Positions 28,319 through 38,214 of a DNA stretch of 64,000 nucleotides are shown in pieces. The notes beneath the pieces were generated by a model. That model was given only the letters and a program-made list of their open reading frames with translations, was not told the DNA's origin and did no database searches. This stretch comes from Candidatus Woesearchaeota archaeon (lineage in GTDB: Archaea; Nanobdellota; Nanobdellia; SCGC-AAA011-G17; JAGVZY01). Positions within the stretch are counted from its first letter, which is position 1. Every line of letters begins with the position of its first letter. The position numbers were made by a program, and so were the translations under genes. The stretch lies in the NCBI GenBank assembly GCA_018302225.1, contig JAGVZY010000012.1, positions 11,191-75,190 of the forward strand. The letters are read 5' to 3'.

Positions 28319-29137
28319 TTATACCTTAACTTTATTATATGGCTGTAAATCAGTCCAAGCAATTTCAAATAGACTTTCTAAAGCATTTGCAAAATAAGGT
28401 GTATTAACCCAAACACCTATATCGTAGCTTGGATGTACATCTGCATCATCCATAACCATGAACATTATTTCTTGTCCGTCGATTATAGCTAATCTTGCAT
28501 TTATTTTTGAAATATGTCTGACTTCAGCAACACTTGAAATATCTTCTGCTGCTGCTAAGGATTCTTTTGTTATTGGTGCAGCAACTCTTATTTTAATTCC
28601 TTTTTTCTTAAGTTTTTCAAGTTCAGGTTTTAGAGCTTCTACTTTTCTCATAAGACCTTTTGCAGTTGTTATTATTGTTACTGATTTTTCAGCATCTTTA
28701 ATCATGGTTTCAAGATGTGTGTATAAGTTTCTTCTTCCTCTTAATGAACCACTTAAGTCTGAAGGTTCAACAAATTGAACACCTTGTTTATGTAAAGAAT
28801 CAAGTTCTGTAATAATATCAGTTCCATGAAGCTCTTCTAACCTTTTTACTTTATCTTTAGCATCATCCAACATATACTTCTTTGATCTTTCTACAACTTC
28901 TGATGGATCAACAGCAATGTACTGTATTGGTTTTCCTAGTTTCATTACTACGAAACCTTTTTTTTCTAAACTCTCGAGAACATCATAAGCTCTTGAACGT
29001 GGAACATTTCCAATATCACTAAGTTCACCAGCAGTTGAAACACCCCTAGAAAGTAAAGCTGTCCAAATTCTAACTTCATACAAATTTAGACCAAATAATT
29101 GACGCAGTTTATTTAAAAATTCTTCCTTAACTATCAT
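28319..29137 (-). CDS. TrmB-family transcriptional regulator
   Basis: N-terminal wHTH with LYEVRIWTALLSRGVSTAGELSDIGNVPRSRAYDVLESLEKKGFV, followed by a TrmB C-terminal domain. Confidence 0.8.
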   Translation of the reverse strand: MIVKEEFLNKLRQLFGLNLYEVRIWTALLSRGVSTAGELSDIGNVPRSRAYDVLESLEKKGFVVMKLGKPIQYIAVDPSEVVERSKKYMLDDAKDKVKRLEELHGTDIITELDSLHKQGVQFVEPSDLSGSLRGRRNLYTHLETMIKDAEKSVTIITTAKGLMRKVEALKPELEKLKKKGIKIRVAAPITKESLAAAEDISSVAEVRHISKINARLAIIDGQEIMFMVMDDADVHPSYDIGVWVNTPYFANALESLFEIAWTDLQPYNKVKV

Positions 29138-29365
29138 TTAAAACCCTCCTGCAATGTTTTTAATTTTTTTTATTGTGTTTTTGTGAATCTTGAATTAAGA
29201 TATGATGGTGTTACTAAACATAACAACATCAATTCACCTTAAACACAAGTTAAAGTATATTACTATTTAAAGTTTGCTGTTGGTTTTGTATCTTTATAAT
29301 GGCACTATTTGTGTTTAAAAAGTTAAAATGGTTGGTGAATTTATAAATAGAACCAAAGTTTGATT

Positions 29366-31027
29366 TTATTTTTGAGATTTGAATAATTTTTTTATATATT
29401 CAATGTCTGAAACCCCATTTAAACCTTTATCATTTCTTAATCTTAGGAATCTTGGAAATCTTAATGCAAATCCTGATGAATATGTTGATGAAGTTTGTAT
29501 TTCTTCATACATTACTTCAACAATTATTTTTGGTTTTACTGAAATAATTTTTCCAGTTTCTTTAATTATTAAGGGTTTTAGTAATTTTGTTAATTTTTCA
29601 AAAGTTAACCCTTCTTTTTCTTTAAAACCTGTTCCAACTTTTCCAATTAGTGCAAATTCATTTTTGTTTTTACATGCTAATTCAAAACTACTCAACCAAT
29701 CTGAACGTTTTCCTTCTCCCCATGCTGCACCAACAATAACTAAATCTAAAGTTTCCATAATTGGTTTTAATTTTAACCAACCATTTACATATCTTCCTGG
29801 CGTGTATTGAGAATTAATATTTTTTGCCATTACTCCTTCTAAACCTTCTTTTAGGGCTTTTTTATAAAATGCTTCTGCTTCAGAAATTTTATTTGTAATT
29901 ATACAATTAGTAAGAATAACTTTTGTTTTTTCTTGTTTAATAATTTTCTCTAAGATTTTTCTACGCTCTTTTAGTGGTTTCTGAATTAAATCTTCTCCTT
30001 CATAATTTAATATATCAAAAACACTAACTTCAACTGGAAATTTTTTTGCTGTTTCTTGTAAATCGTATTTTCTTCTTATTCTTTGAGAAATATTTTGAAA
30101 TGGTAAATATAATTTTGTTTTTGGATTATACCCAACAAATTCTGAATCTAAAATGTAAGATTTTCCTTTTATATATTTGTCTAAGTAGAGAATAATTTCT
30201 TGAAATTGTGTTGTTACATCTTCAAATCTTCTTGTAAAAAACTTATAAGTATTATTTATTTTGTGGATTGTGACTCTGAAACCATCTAGTTTGTATTCTA
30301 ATTGTATTTCTTCTCCTAAAGCTTCGAATGCTTCTTTAAAATCCTTGACCTTAATAGCAAGCATTACCTTGTTTGGACGTCCGACAATTAGGCCAGAAGA
30401 CTTTAGTTTTCCTTGTTTGGCAAGTTCTGCAACTTCACCATAATCTGCTAATGAGTTTGATAGGTTTTCAATATCTTTAATTTCAAAATTGAATGCTTTT
30501 GCAATACTATCTCTTAAAATTCCTTCAGCAATACCTACTCTTAGTTCTTCAAGTACAGTTCTTGTAATATATTTTGCTTCTAAGGGTGATGAGTTAGATA
30601 ATAATTCTGAAACCAAAGCAATTTTTCTTGATACTGTTCCTTCGCCTTCAAGTTCTGCAAGTTTTTGTATATTAGAGTATACTTTTTTTATTGTTAGCTT
30701 TTGTGCGAATAAAGTTTTTTGTTTTTTCTTTTGTGAGAGTATTTCTGAAACTTTTCCTAGGTCTCCTTCTTTTTTCCAAATTTTTTCCACTTCTTCTTGA
30801 GAGATTCCAATTGCAGATGAAATTCCTTTTAACATTAATCTTGAGCTAAAACCGATTTTTCTTTCATCATAATTTGGAAAAACCTTTCCTTGAAGTAGGT
30901 GTATTAGAATTGAGATTTCTTCTTTACTTGAATTTTTTAATAGTTCAGAAATTATCTCTGTTTTTTCAAGTCTTTTAGAAGTCTTTCCTATCTTTTCATA
31001 ATAATTTACTAGGTCTGAATAATCCAT
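29366..31027 (-). CDS. lig: ATP-dependent DNA ligase
   Basis: Has the KxDG adenylation motif (EYKLDGFRV) and OB-fold motifs, 553 aa. Confidence 0.9.
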   Translation of the reverse strand: MDYSDLVNYYEKIGKTSKRLEKTEIISELLKNSSKEEISILIHLLQGKVFPNYDERKIGFSSRLMLKGISSAIGISQEEVEKIWKKEGDLGKVSEILSQKKKQKTLFAQKLTIKKVYSNIQKLAELEGEGTVSRKIALVSELLSNSSPLEAKYITRTVLEELRVGIAEGILRDSIAKAFNFEIKDIENLSNSLADYGEVAELAKQGKLKSSGLIVGRPNKVMLAIKVKDFKEAFEALGEEIQLEYKLDGFRVTIHKINNTYKFFTRRFEDVTTQFQEIILYLDKYIKGKSYILDSEFVGYNPKTKLYLPFQNISQRIRRKYDLQETAKKFPVEVSVFDILNYEGEDLIQKPLKERRKILEKIIKQEKTKVILTNCIITNKISEAEAFYKKALKEGLEGVMAKNINSQYTPGRYVNGWLKLKPIMETLDLVIVGAAWGEGKRSDWLSSFELACKNKNEFALIGKVGTGFKEKEGLTFEKLTKLLKPLIIKETGKIISVKPKIIVEVMYEEIQTSSTYSSGFALRFPRFLRLRNDKGLNGVSDIEYIKKLFKSQK

Positions 31028-31073
31028 AGAAAAATATATAAATTTGACAATATAAAAAGGTTTTGATACAAAT

Positions 31074-31709
31074 ATGGTTAAAAGCTTATCTGATTTGATT
31101 CTTGAGAGAAAATCTGTAAAATCCTATTATAAAAAGAGTGTTTCTGATGAATTTATCGGTGAGTTAATTGATGCTGCAAGATGGGCTCCTTCTGCAGGCA
31201 ATATGCAAGATTGGAGATTTATAATAGTACGATCTGAAAAGGTAAAAGAAAAAATTGCTGAAGCATGTTTAAATCAGGATTGGATGAGAGAAGCACCAGT
31301 GTTTATAGCAATATGCTCGGATTTTCAATTTTTAGAAACAATGTATCCTAAGTTGTATTCTTTGTTCAGTGTTCAAGATTGTGCTTTGGCTACAGCCAAT
31401 ATTTTATTGAAAGCAACTGAATTAGGTTTAGGAAGCTGTGTAGTTGCACCTTTTAATAGAGAAAAAGTAAGAGAAGTTTTAGGTGTGCCTGATAATGCAG
31501 ATGTTTATTCTATAGTTATCTTAGGTTATGCAAGAGAAATTGAACCTTCACATAGACATAATATTCAAGATTTAGTTTTCTTTGAAAAGTGGGGACAAAT
31601 GGATAATCAAAGTGTGAAAAGATTAAAAGACGTTGAAGTTGAGATTGAAAAGAAGATTAAAAATATAAAAGAGAAAATGCTGTCCAAGTTACCTTTGAAG
31701 AAGAAATAG
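31074..31709 (+). CDS. nitroreductase-family protein
   Basis: Has RWAPSAGNMQDWRF, 211 aa. Confidence 0.8.
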   Translation: MVKSLSDLILERKSVKSYYKKSVSDEFIGELIDAARWAPSAGNMQDWRFIIVRSEKVKEKIAEACLNQDWMREAPVFIAICSDFQFLETMYPKLYSLFSVQDCALATANILLKATELGLGSCVVAPFNREKVREVLGVPDNADVYSIVILGYAREIEPSHRHNIQDLVFFEKWGQMDNQSVKRLKDVEVEIEKKIKNIKEKMLSKLPLKKK

Positions 31710-31777
31710 ATACTTTGTTCTTATATATAAACCTGTTACGAAATCTTTATTAAACTCAGAATCAATGTAAGAATGCG

Positions 31778-34024
31778 ATGGAGGGAATAAACAGAAGTCT
31801 CTTAGGTGGAATAGGTAGATTTGTGAGGGGGCTTAATAGACCTCAGAAGTTAAATTCTCAGAGTGTAACTTTAGAAGATATTCTTTATGGTAGTCCTTAT
31901 TTAACAAAAGAACAAATTTTAAGAAAAGGTGTTGTTAAGAAGTTTAATAAGGCTTGTTTTAATCTTTATGTTCATGGAATTGAGGATCCTATAGTTCATA
32001 ATTATTCTGATAAAAAAGATCCAGCTATAAAGAAACTTCCACAGTCTGCAATATATGATATTCAGAATGGTTTTTATATAGATATTAATACTTGGCAAGT
32101 TTATTATGATTTAGAAAGCGTTCCCAAACATCTTTATTCCTTTAAAGATCAATTAGATTTTGCAGAAGGAATATTTGATCATGAGATTATGCATTATATT
32201 GTTTATCCTAGATCAAGGGCTGATGAAATTATTTATTTAGCAACTATAAGTGAAGAATTAAGTAAGGTTAAACAAATTGAAAATAATTTTGAATTAATTA
32301 AAGGTTATACTCATTTTGTAAGTAATATTTTTGGTGATTTTTTGGGTGATAGTTATTTATTTTCCGGAAAATATGGTGCTATTAATACAAGACCTTTGGC
32401 ATCTATGAGGTATAGGAGTACTGTTAGAGAAATTTTAACTGGAACTAAAGAGATTAGTCCTTTTTTAAAAGTTATATTAAATTCTTATGAACAAATTTGG
32501 AATACTAATTTTGGGTTGGAAGAGGTTAAATTAAGAATAAAAGAAAAAGAAACTATAGCAAAAATTACAAACCTTTTAGATGAGAACACTTGGATGAATA
32601 AATCTTCTTGGGAAGAAAAACTTAAAGATTTTACAAACATAATTAAAGATTATATCTTTCAAGTTATACCTCTGCAACAAGCAATGCAAATTATTAATTC
32701 TATGACTGATCAATCTGATGAGGGTTCTGAAGATAATGAAAATCTTTCTGGAAGTGGTAGTTCTAAACCAGGTAAAGGTAAATCTAAGAGGGAAAGGAAT
32801 AGTATAGAAAATTTGCTTAGAAGTTTGAGTGATAATTCTGATAAAGATTCAAGTTCTAGTCAAAGTTCTAAGAGTTCTAATGGAAAGAATTCGGGTGGTC
32901 AAAAAGAGAATTCAAATGGCGGGGCTGAAAAGGGTAGTGGTTCTGAAAGTGATCAAGGAGAAGGACAGAATTCAGGCGAAGGAGACTATTCAGGAAGAGA
33001 TTATGATAGTAGAACAGAATTATCTAAAGAAGTAACTAAGTTATGGGGAAATCCTTTTCAGAGTAAATTGGATTTTGGAAAAAAGAGAAAAAACCAAGGT
33101 TTAGAAAAAGCGTTAGGTTCAGCTTATGAAAGGTTCAAAAATAATCCAAAAAAATTTGCAGGTGCAATGAGTTCTTTGACTTCATTGGATTTAGATGATT
33201 GTTTAAGATATCTGTATAGAGCAAGAGCACAAGAATATCTTATAGAATTTAAATCTGAAGTTAAAAGAAAATCAAACAAAAAAACTATTCTTACAAGAAC
33301 AAACTGGAATCCTTCTGATACTATAGGTGGAAAAAGGGGATTAAAAATAATTGATTCTTTAATTGCGCATGGACAAATAATTCCTTATATAAATACTAAG
33401 AAAAATAAGCTGCGTAATTTACCTGGTCCAAAAAAGAATAATTCTATTGCAGATTTGTTATTGGTTATTGATAGTTCGGGAAGTATGGGATTTGATCCAT
33501 ATAATGAAGAGCCAGATAATAGGGGGGATTATGACTCTGCTGTTTTGGCTGGTGAAGCTCAAGCTTTATATGCTTTAGATTGTGGCGCAATGGTTTCTGT
33601 TATAAACTTTTCAGGTGGAGACGATTTGGCTTTCTGTAGTTATACTTATAAACTTGATAATATTGAAAGAGTATTACTAAATAAGCAAGATGGGGGTACT
33701 ATGTTCCCCTGTAAAGAAATTGCTAAGATGATGACACTCACAAAAAATAAACTTTTTGTGTCAATATTAAGTGATTGCGAATTATACAATACTGCTGAAG
33801 CCATCGAGAGTATGATGGATGAATTAACTGAATTTGATAAATTTTCAGTGTTTCAAACTTCAAGATGGGGAGGGTTAACTTCTTTTGCTAGAGAATTAAA
33901 ATCTCATGGCGCCAATTTATTTGTGGTGCGTACGCATAAAGATCTGAAAAATATTGTTGTTGGTGAAACAATGAGAGAATATGATTTAGAATTTGATGGA
34001 GAGGAAGATGAGCAAATTATCTAA
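31778..34024 (+). CDS. zincin-like (HExxH) domain - disordered S/G/D/K-rich linker - C-terminal VWA (MIDAS) protein
   Basis: FDHEIMHY (HExxH) sits in the N-terminal 300 aa. A low-complexity linker of about 120 aa follows. Near residue 550 there is LLVIDSSGSMG (DxSxS MIDAS), followed by a VWA fold. Confidence 0.7.
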   Translation: MEGINRSLLGGIGRFVRGLNRPQKLNSQSVTLEDILYGSPYLTKEQILRKGVVKKFNKACFNLYVHGIEDPIVHNYSDKKDPAIKKLPQSAIYDIQNGFYIDINTWQVYYDLESVPKHLYSFKDQLDFAEGIFDHEIMHYIVYPRSRADEIIYLATISEELSKVKQIENNFELIKGYTHFVSNIFGDFLGDSYLFSGKYGAINTRPLASMRYRSTVREILTGTKEISPFLKVILNSYEQIWNTNFGLEEVKLRIKEKETIAKITNLLDENTWMNKSSWEEKLKDFTNIIKDYIFQVIPLQQAMQIINSMTDQSDEGSEDNENLSGSGSSKPGKGKSKRERNSIENLLRSLSDNSDKDSSSSQSSKSSNGKNSGGQKENSNGGAEKGSGSESDQGEGQNSGEGDYSGRDYDSRTELSKEVTKLWGNPFQSKLDFGKKRKNQGLEKALGSAYERFKNNPKKFAGAMSSLTSLDLDDCLRYLYRARAQEYLIEFKSEVKRKSNKKTILTRTNWNPSDTIGGKRGLKIIDSLIAHGQIIPYINTKKNKLRNLPGPKKNNSIADLLLVIDSSGSMGFDPYNEEPDNRGDYDSAVLAGEAQALYALDCGAMVSVINFSGGDDLAFCSYTYKLDNIERVLLNKQDGGTMFPCKEIAKMMTLTKNKLFVSILSDCELYNTAEAIESMMDELTEFDKFSVFQTSRWGGLTSFARELKSHGANLFVVRTHKDLKNIVVGETMREYDLEFDGEEDEQII

Positions 34025-35513
34025 GGCAGATGTTGAAGAAAATAAAAATGCGCGGGAAAAGGTGAGAGGGGTATATAAAGAAGTAATTACGAGTGGAATT
34101 TATGTAAACACAAGATATTCTATTCCTCTTGAGTACAGAGATGTTTTTGGTGAAGAAAAAAAGGAGTTTCTAGATCCAATGGTTTCTTCTGCAATTATTA
34201 ATTGTTTAGTTCCGAAAAGTGGTTTGCTTTTTAGGGGTGGACATGGTGGTGGTAAAACGAGTTTAATAATGAAAGTTTCTTCTGCTATGACTGGAATTTC
34301 TGAAGCAGAGCTTAGAAAAAGTATGATTCGGGGAAATGATGATGAAACATATAATACTTTAGTTGCATCTTTGAATCTTGGAAGGTTACTGGGTCCAGAA
34401 CATGCAGAAGAAGTAAGATGGAGACCTTTTATAACTTCAAAAGTAAAGATTATTGATGAAGTTAATAGATTTTTGCCAGCTACATTAAACGGGCTTTTTG
34501 AGCCTTTAAATGAGGGTAGTGCTGGTTTTGCAGTTACAGGTGAAACTATGGCTTTAGATGATTATGTTTTTTATGCTACTGAGAATCCAAATGATGAAGG
34601 AACGTATAAACTTCCAAAACCTTTTTTAGATAGATTTAGTATGCGCGTAAACGCACCACAAGTTCCAGGTGTTAATGATTTGTTTGTTCTTTCACAGAGA
34701 AAAGATGATAAATTAAATAAGTTAGCTCTTAAAAGTATTTTTAAATTTGATGAATTAGTAAATTTAAGAAGAAAAATAATTGAAGATATTTCTTTCACAA
34801 CTGATTCTTTATTATATACTATTTATGCAACTGAAGGTATGTCTTTGTGTGTGAGGGCTGATCAGCTTGATAAAAATCAAAGCACAATTGATGTTGGCCC
34901 CAGATGTAAAGGTTGCGAATATTCAGGACAGTATTGTGAAATGACTCAACAAGGAATTTCAGGAAGAGCATTTTTAGATGTTTTAAGATGGAGTAAAGCA
35001 TACTCTTGGTTCTTAAATTCTTTTGAGAGATCTGAAAAACCAGAAGTTCAATTAAGTATAATTCAATCAATTTTACCTTACTTAATTGCGCATAGAATTA
35101 CACCCAACGATCATCAACTTAAAAAAGATCCTTATTGGGGAATGGAAGGTAAATTTACTCAAACTTTAATTGAAAAATTAAATGAAGGTTATAACACTAC
35201 TAAAAGTTTATTAGTTGATATGAATGAAGTTTTATCTGGAGCATTGCCTTTTAATAAATCTAAGATTAATACACCTACTAAAGATTTAGTTATTGAGTAT
35301 GGTTATAAACCTTTACTTAAGGAAGCAAGTGAATCTGATAGTTTTAAAACTTTTTACAAAAGGTTGATTGGAGCAAAATTGGATTTAAATGATTTGAGTA
35401 TAATGGAGAAAAATATTTTTGAAAGTTTAGATATTAAACCCCAAGCAAGAATGTATTTAGTGCAACTTATGAATATACACAAATTAAATTACGGTGGAAA
35501 AAATGGCTCTTAA
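33993..35513 (+). CDS. MoxR-type AAA+ ATPase with ~250-aa C-terminal extension containing a Cys cluster
   Basis: Walker A is GGHGGGKTS, Walker B is KIIDEVNR, and ATENPNDEGTYKLPKPFLDRF is the MoxR sensor/arginine finger region. CKGCEYSGQYCE lies in the extension. It overlaps the VWA gene by 32 nt. Confidence 0.75.
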   Translation: MMERKMSKLSKADVEENKNAREKVRGVYKEVITSGIYVNTRYSIPLEYRDVFGEEKKEFLDPMVSSAIINCLVPKSGLLFRGGHGGGKTSLIMKVSSAMTGISEAELRKSMIRGNDDETYNTLVASLNLGRLLGPEHAEEVRWRPFITSKVKIIDEVNRFLPATLNGLFEPLNEGSAGFAVTGETMALDDYVFYATENPNDEGTYKLPKPFLDRFSMRVNAPQVPGVNDLFVLSQRKDDKLNKLALKSIFKFDELVNLRRKIIEDISFTTDSLLYTIYATEGMSLCVRADQLDKNQSTIDVGPRCKGCEYSGQYCEMTQQGISGRAFLDVLRWSKAYSWFLNSFERSEKPEVQLSIIQSILPYLIAHRITPNDHQLKKDPYWGMEGKFTQTLIEKLNEGYNTTKSLLVDMNEVLSGALPFNKSKINTPTKDLVIEYGYKPLLKEASESDSFKTFYKRLIGAKLDLNDLSIMEKNIFESLDIKPQARMYLVQLMNIHKLNYGGKNGS

Positions 35514-36675
35514 TATAGATTTAGATAATTTTGTTCCGGGTTCTGGAAAATATGGTGATATATTAAGCCAATCTATGGGTGGAATGTTTAGAGAATTTGG
35601 AAAATCTGAAAAACCTAAATCTAAAATTAGTAAAAAACAAAAAGATGAAGCGACAAAAACAGTTATACCTAAAGTTGTTGGTTCTGTTTTTGAAGAAGGT
35701 GCTTCTTCAGATAATAAACCTGAAAAAGTTATAATTGAAATTCCTAAAGGAGAAGTTTCTGAGCAAATATTAAACTCTATGGATTTTAATGAGAAAATGG
35801 AGGGTATTATACAATCAGCTTATTCTAATTATTTAAAACATGAAAATTCTGATCAAGAAAAAAGAGATTATCTTTGGGATAAAGAGTATGATAAAGTTAT
35901 AAATACTATTTATACACAAAAAGAAATTTTAGTTAAGCCCGTTGTATTGTATAGAGGATTACATTATGAACCTGAGTTTATACAAGAAATTTGGGGTTGG
36001 CCTGTTAGAAAAGAAGCAGTTGCAGAATTTATAAAACAAAAAACTGGAGATGATACTATTTTAAAAACTAGTTTTTATAACAATCTGCCTGATGAGATGA
36101 ATTTTAAGGAGTTGGTAGATAAATTGGGACAAATGGGAGAGGTTGTAGAGGATTTTGTTAATACGGTTTTTATGAATCCTTCTCAAGGCAGATATTCTTT
36201 ATCTCCCCATTTTTTAGCTATGTCTTTAAGTCCTGAAGAAAGGAATAATTTTGCTGCAATGGTAGAATGGGATTATAATAATGGAAGATTTGGAAAAAAA
36301 TCTTTAAAAGAATATTTTAATTTTGAAAAATATAGAAGATTATCAAATAGATTCGAAGTTTTTAAGCAAAGTTTGTTAAATTCTTTACCTTCTGTAAATG
36401 CGATTAATCAAGTTATCAAAGAACGCAATTTACATAATGGTGGTTATGAAAAAATTATAAAACTATTTAATGATTTAGCAAATGATTATGTTAATCCTTG
36501 GAGAGCTGTAATTGAAAGGAAAAATGAAGATTTTTTTAAGCAGGTTGAGTTAGAAGATGAAATTGAAAGAAGAAAAGATTGGAGTCTCAGAAAAGTAATA
36601 AAGGCTGAAGAAATTGGAGATTATTTAGATAGTTTGAAAAAATCAGGAAAATATTTTGTAATTGGAAATTCTTAG
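35494..36675 (+). CDS. 393-aa ORFan, candidate partner/effector of the MoxR-VWA pair
   Basis: It overlaps the ATPase gene by 20 nt. No recognisable motifs. Confidence 0.4.
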   Translation: MEKMALNIDLDNFVPGSGKYGDILSQSMGGMFREFGKSEKPKSKISKKQKDEATKTVIPKVVGSVFEEGASSDNKPEKVIIEIPKGEVSEQILNSMDFNEKMEGIIQSAYSNYLKHENSDQEKRDYLWDKEYDKVINTIYTQKEILVKPVVLYRGLHYEPEFIQEIWGWPVRKEAVAEFIKQKTGDDTILKTSFYNNLPDEMNFKELVDKLGQMGEVVEDFVNTVFMNPSQGRYSLSPHFLAMSLSPEERNNFAAMVEWDYNNGRFGKKSLKEYFNFEKYRRLSNRFEVFKQSLLNSLPSVNAINQVIKERNLHNGGYEKIIKLFNDLANDYVNPWRAVIERKNEDFFKQVELEDEIERRKDWSLRKVIKAEEIGDYLDSLKKSGKYFVIGNS

Positions 36676-36704
36676 TGAAATTAAATATGAAAAAGAAAAA
36701 AGCA

Positions 36705-36731
36705 GCTAATGTGCCAAAAAAGCACATTAGC
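36705..36731. terminator. perfect 10-bp hairpin (GCUAAUGUGC-CAAAAAA-GCACAUUAGC) between convergent genes
   Basis: Read directly from the sequence. It lies 30 nt after the stop of 35494..36675 and 65 nt after the ftsZ stop. It is followed by an A-rich run on the + strand and a T-rich run on the - strand. Confidence 0.4.
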
Positions 36732-36796
36732 AAGGCCAAAAATTGTCCAAAATTCTATAGGGGGATTTTGGAGTATGTTCGGACTTTAATAGACAC

Positions 36797-37870
36797 TTAA
36801 ACCATGTCTATGCCTAACTCATGACTCATTCTGTTTCTTTGTCCAGCTGATTTTTTGTAGTCAGACTTTCCAAGGATATATGGTGAGTTAACACCTGCTA
36901 TAATAGTCATAATCCTTAGTCTTCCTTTCATATCGTCGCTGATTCTTGCTCCCCAGATAACATTTGCATCTTGGTCAAGAGCTTCAGTAACAATTTGTCC
37001 AACCCTATTTACTTCATCAAGAGTTAAGTCTGGTCCACCTGCAACATGGATTAATGCTCCAGTTGCTCCTTTGTAACTGACATCAAGTAGAGGATTGCTT
37101 AATGCTCTTCTTGTTGCTTCTTCTACCCTATGTTCTGATCCTGATTCTCCGATACCTATTGCGCAAACACCGGAATCTGTCATGATAGCTTTAACATCTG
37201 CGTAGTCTAAGTTAACAAGACTTGGAATAGCAATTGTCTCTACAATTCCTTTAATCATTGTTGAAAGTAATTCATTTGCAACAGCAAAAGCTTGTTGAAC
37301 TGGAAGATTTCCAGCGATTGAAGCTAATCTGTTGTTATCAATTACTATAACAGAATCACTGACTTCTCTAAGTTCTTGAAGACCGTATTCAGCTTTGTCT
37401 ATTCTGGCTCTTTCAATATCAAAAGGCATAGTTACTGTACCTATAACAATAGCACCCATGTCTTTAGCTATTTTTGCTACAACAGGTGCTGAACCAGTTC
37501 CAGTTCCTCCACCCATACCAGCACAAACAAAAACCATATCTGAATCTTTAAGAGACTCTTTAAGTTCTTGAAGGCTTTCTTTAGCAGCTTCTTGTCCTCT
37601 TTGTGGGAAACCTCCACATCCAAGACCTCTAGTCAAATCCTTTCCTATAAGGATTTTTTTGTCTGCTTCATGTATATCTAAGTGTTGTCTATCAGTATTT
37701 ACAGCTATGATTTCTGCACCTCTGATACCTTTCTGATATAGCCAGGTTACTATATTACCGCCGGCACCACCAGTACCAATTACTTTTATATTTGCTTGTC
37801 CTATTAGTGCATCATCTGCACCATTGTGCTTTTCAGCTTGCTTTATTGCATCTTGTACAAGGAACTCCAT
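36797..37870 (-). CDS. ftsZ: cell division GTPase FtsZ
   Basis: Has the tubulin signature GGGTGTG ([16 protein letters not shown]), 357 aa. Confidence 0.95.
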   Translation of the reverse strand: MEFLVQDAIKQAEKHNGADDALIGQANIKVIGTGGAGGNIVTWLYQKGIRGAEIIAVNTDRQHLDIHEADKKILIGKDLTRGLGCGGFPQRGQEAAKESLQELKESLKDSDMVFVCAGMGGGTGTGSAPVVAKIAKDMGAIVIGTVTMPFDIERARIDKAEYGLQELREVSDSVIVIDNNRLASIAGNLPVQQAFAVANELLSTMIKGIVETIAIPSLVNLDYADVKAIMTDSGVCAIGIGESGSEHRVEEATRRALSNPLLDVSYKGATGALIHVAGGPDLTLDEVNRVGQIVTEALDQDANVIWGARISDDMKGRLRIMTIIAGVNSPYILGKSDYKKSAGQRNRMSHELGIDMV

Positions 37871-38214
37871 TTTGGTTGACCCCCTTTTATTATTATTTTA
37901 TCCACAAAAACACAAAGTTTATATTGTGGTGAGTATTACCCCTACTTAGAATTAGTTAAGCCGTCAAGTTTGGTTTTGCCCAAAACTAAATTTACAAATC
38001 TAACTACCAATGCCCGATTACAATGTTAGAGTTTGATGGTGTTCAACTTTCCTAATTGCCCAAAAAAAGGAATTTTGAACTTTAATTCTTATTTTTTGTT
38101 TAAACTTACTTTTAAATATTCTTAGGCTTTAAAATATAGTTTCAAGTATATATAAATTTCTTTCTTCTGATTTAATAAAAAGATATTTAAAGAGCTTTTA
38201 CAATATGGCTTATT

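Noticed and set aside
31778-35513. Interpreting the VWA + MoxR pair as a CbbO/CbbQ RuBisCO activase
   Set aside because: The gene order is reversed (VWA first). The VWA protein carries an HExxH peptidase-like domain that CbbO lacks. The locus is 20 kb from rbcL with unrelated genes between them. I keep it only as a remote alternative.
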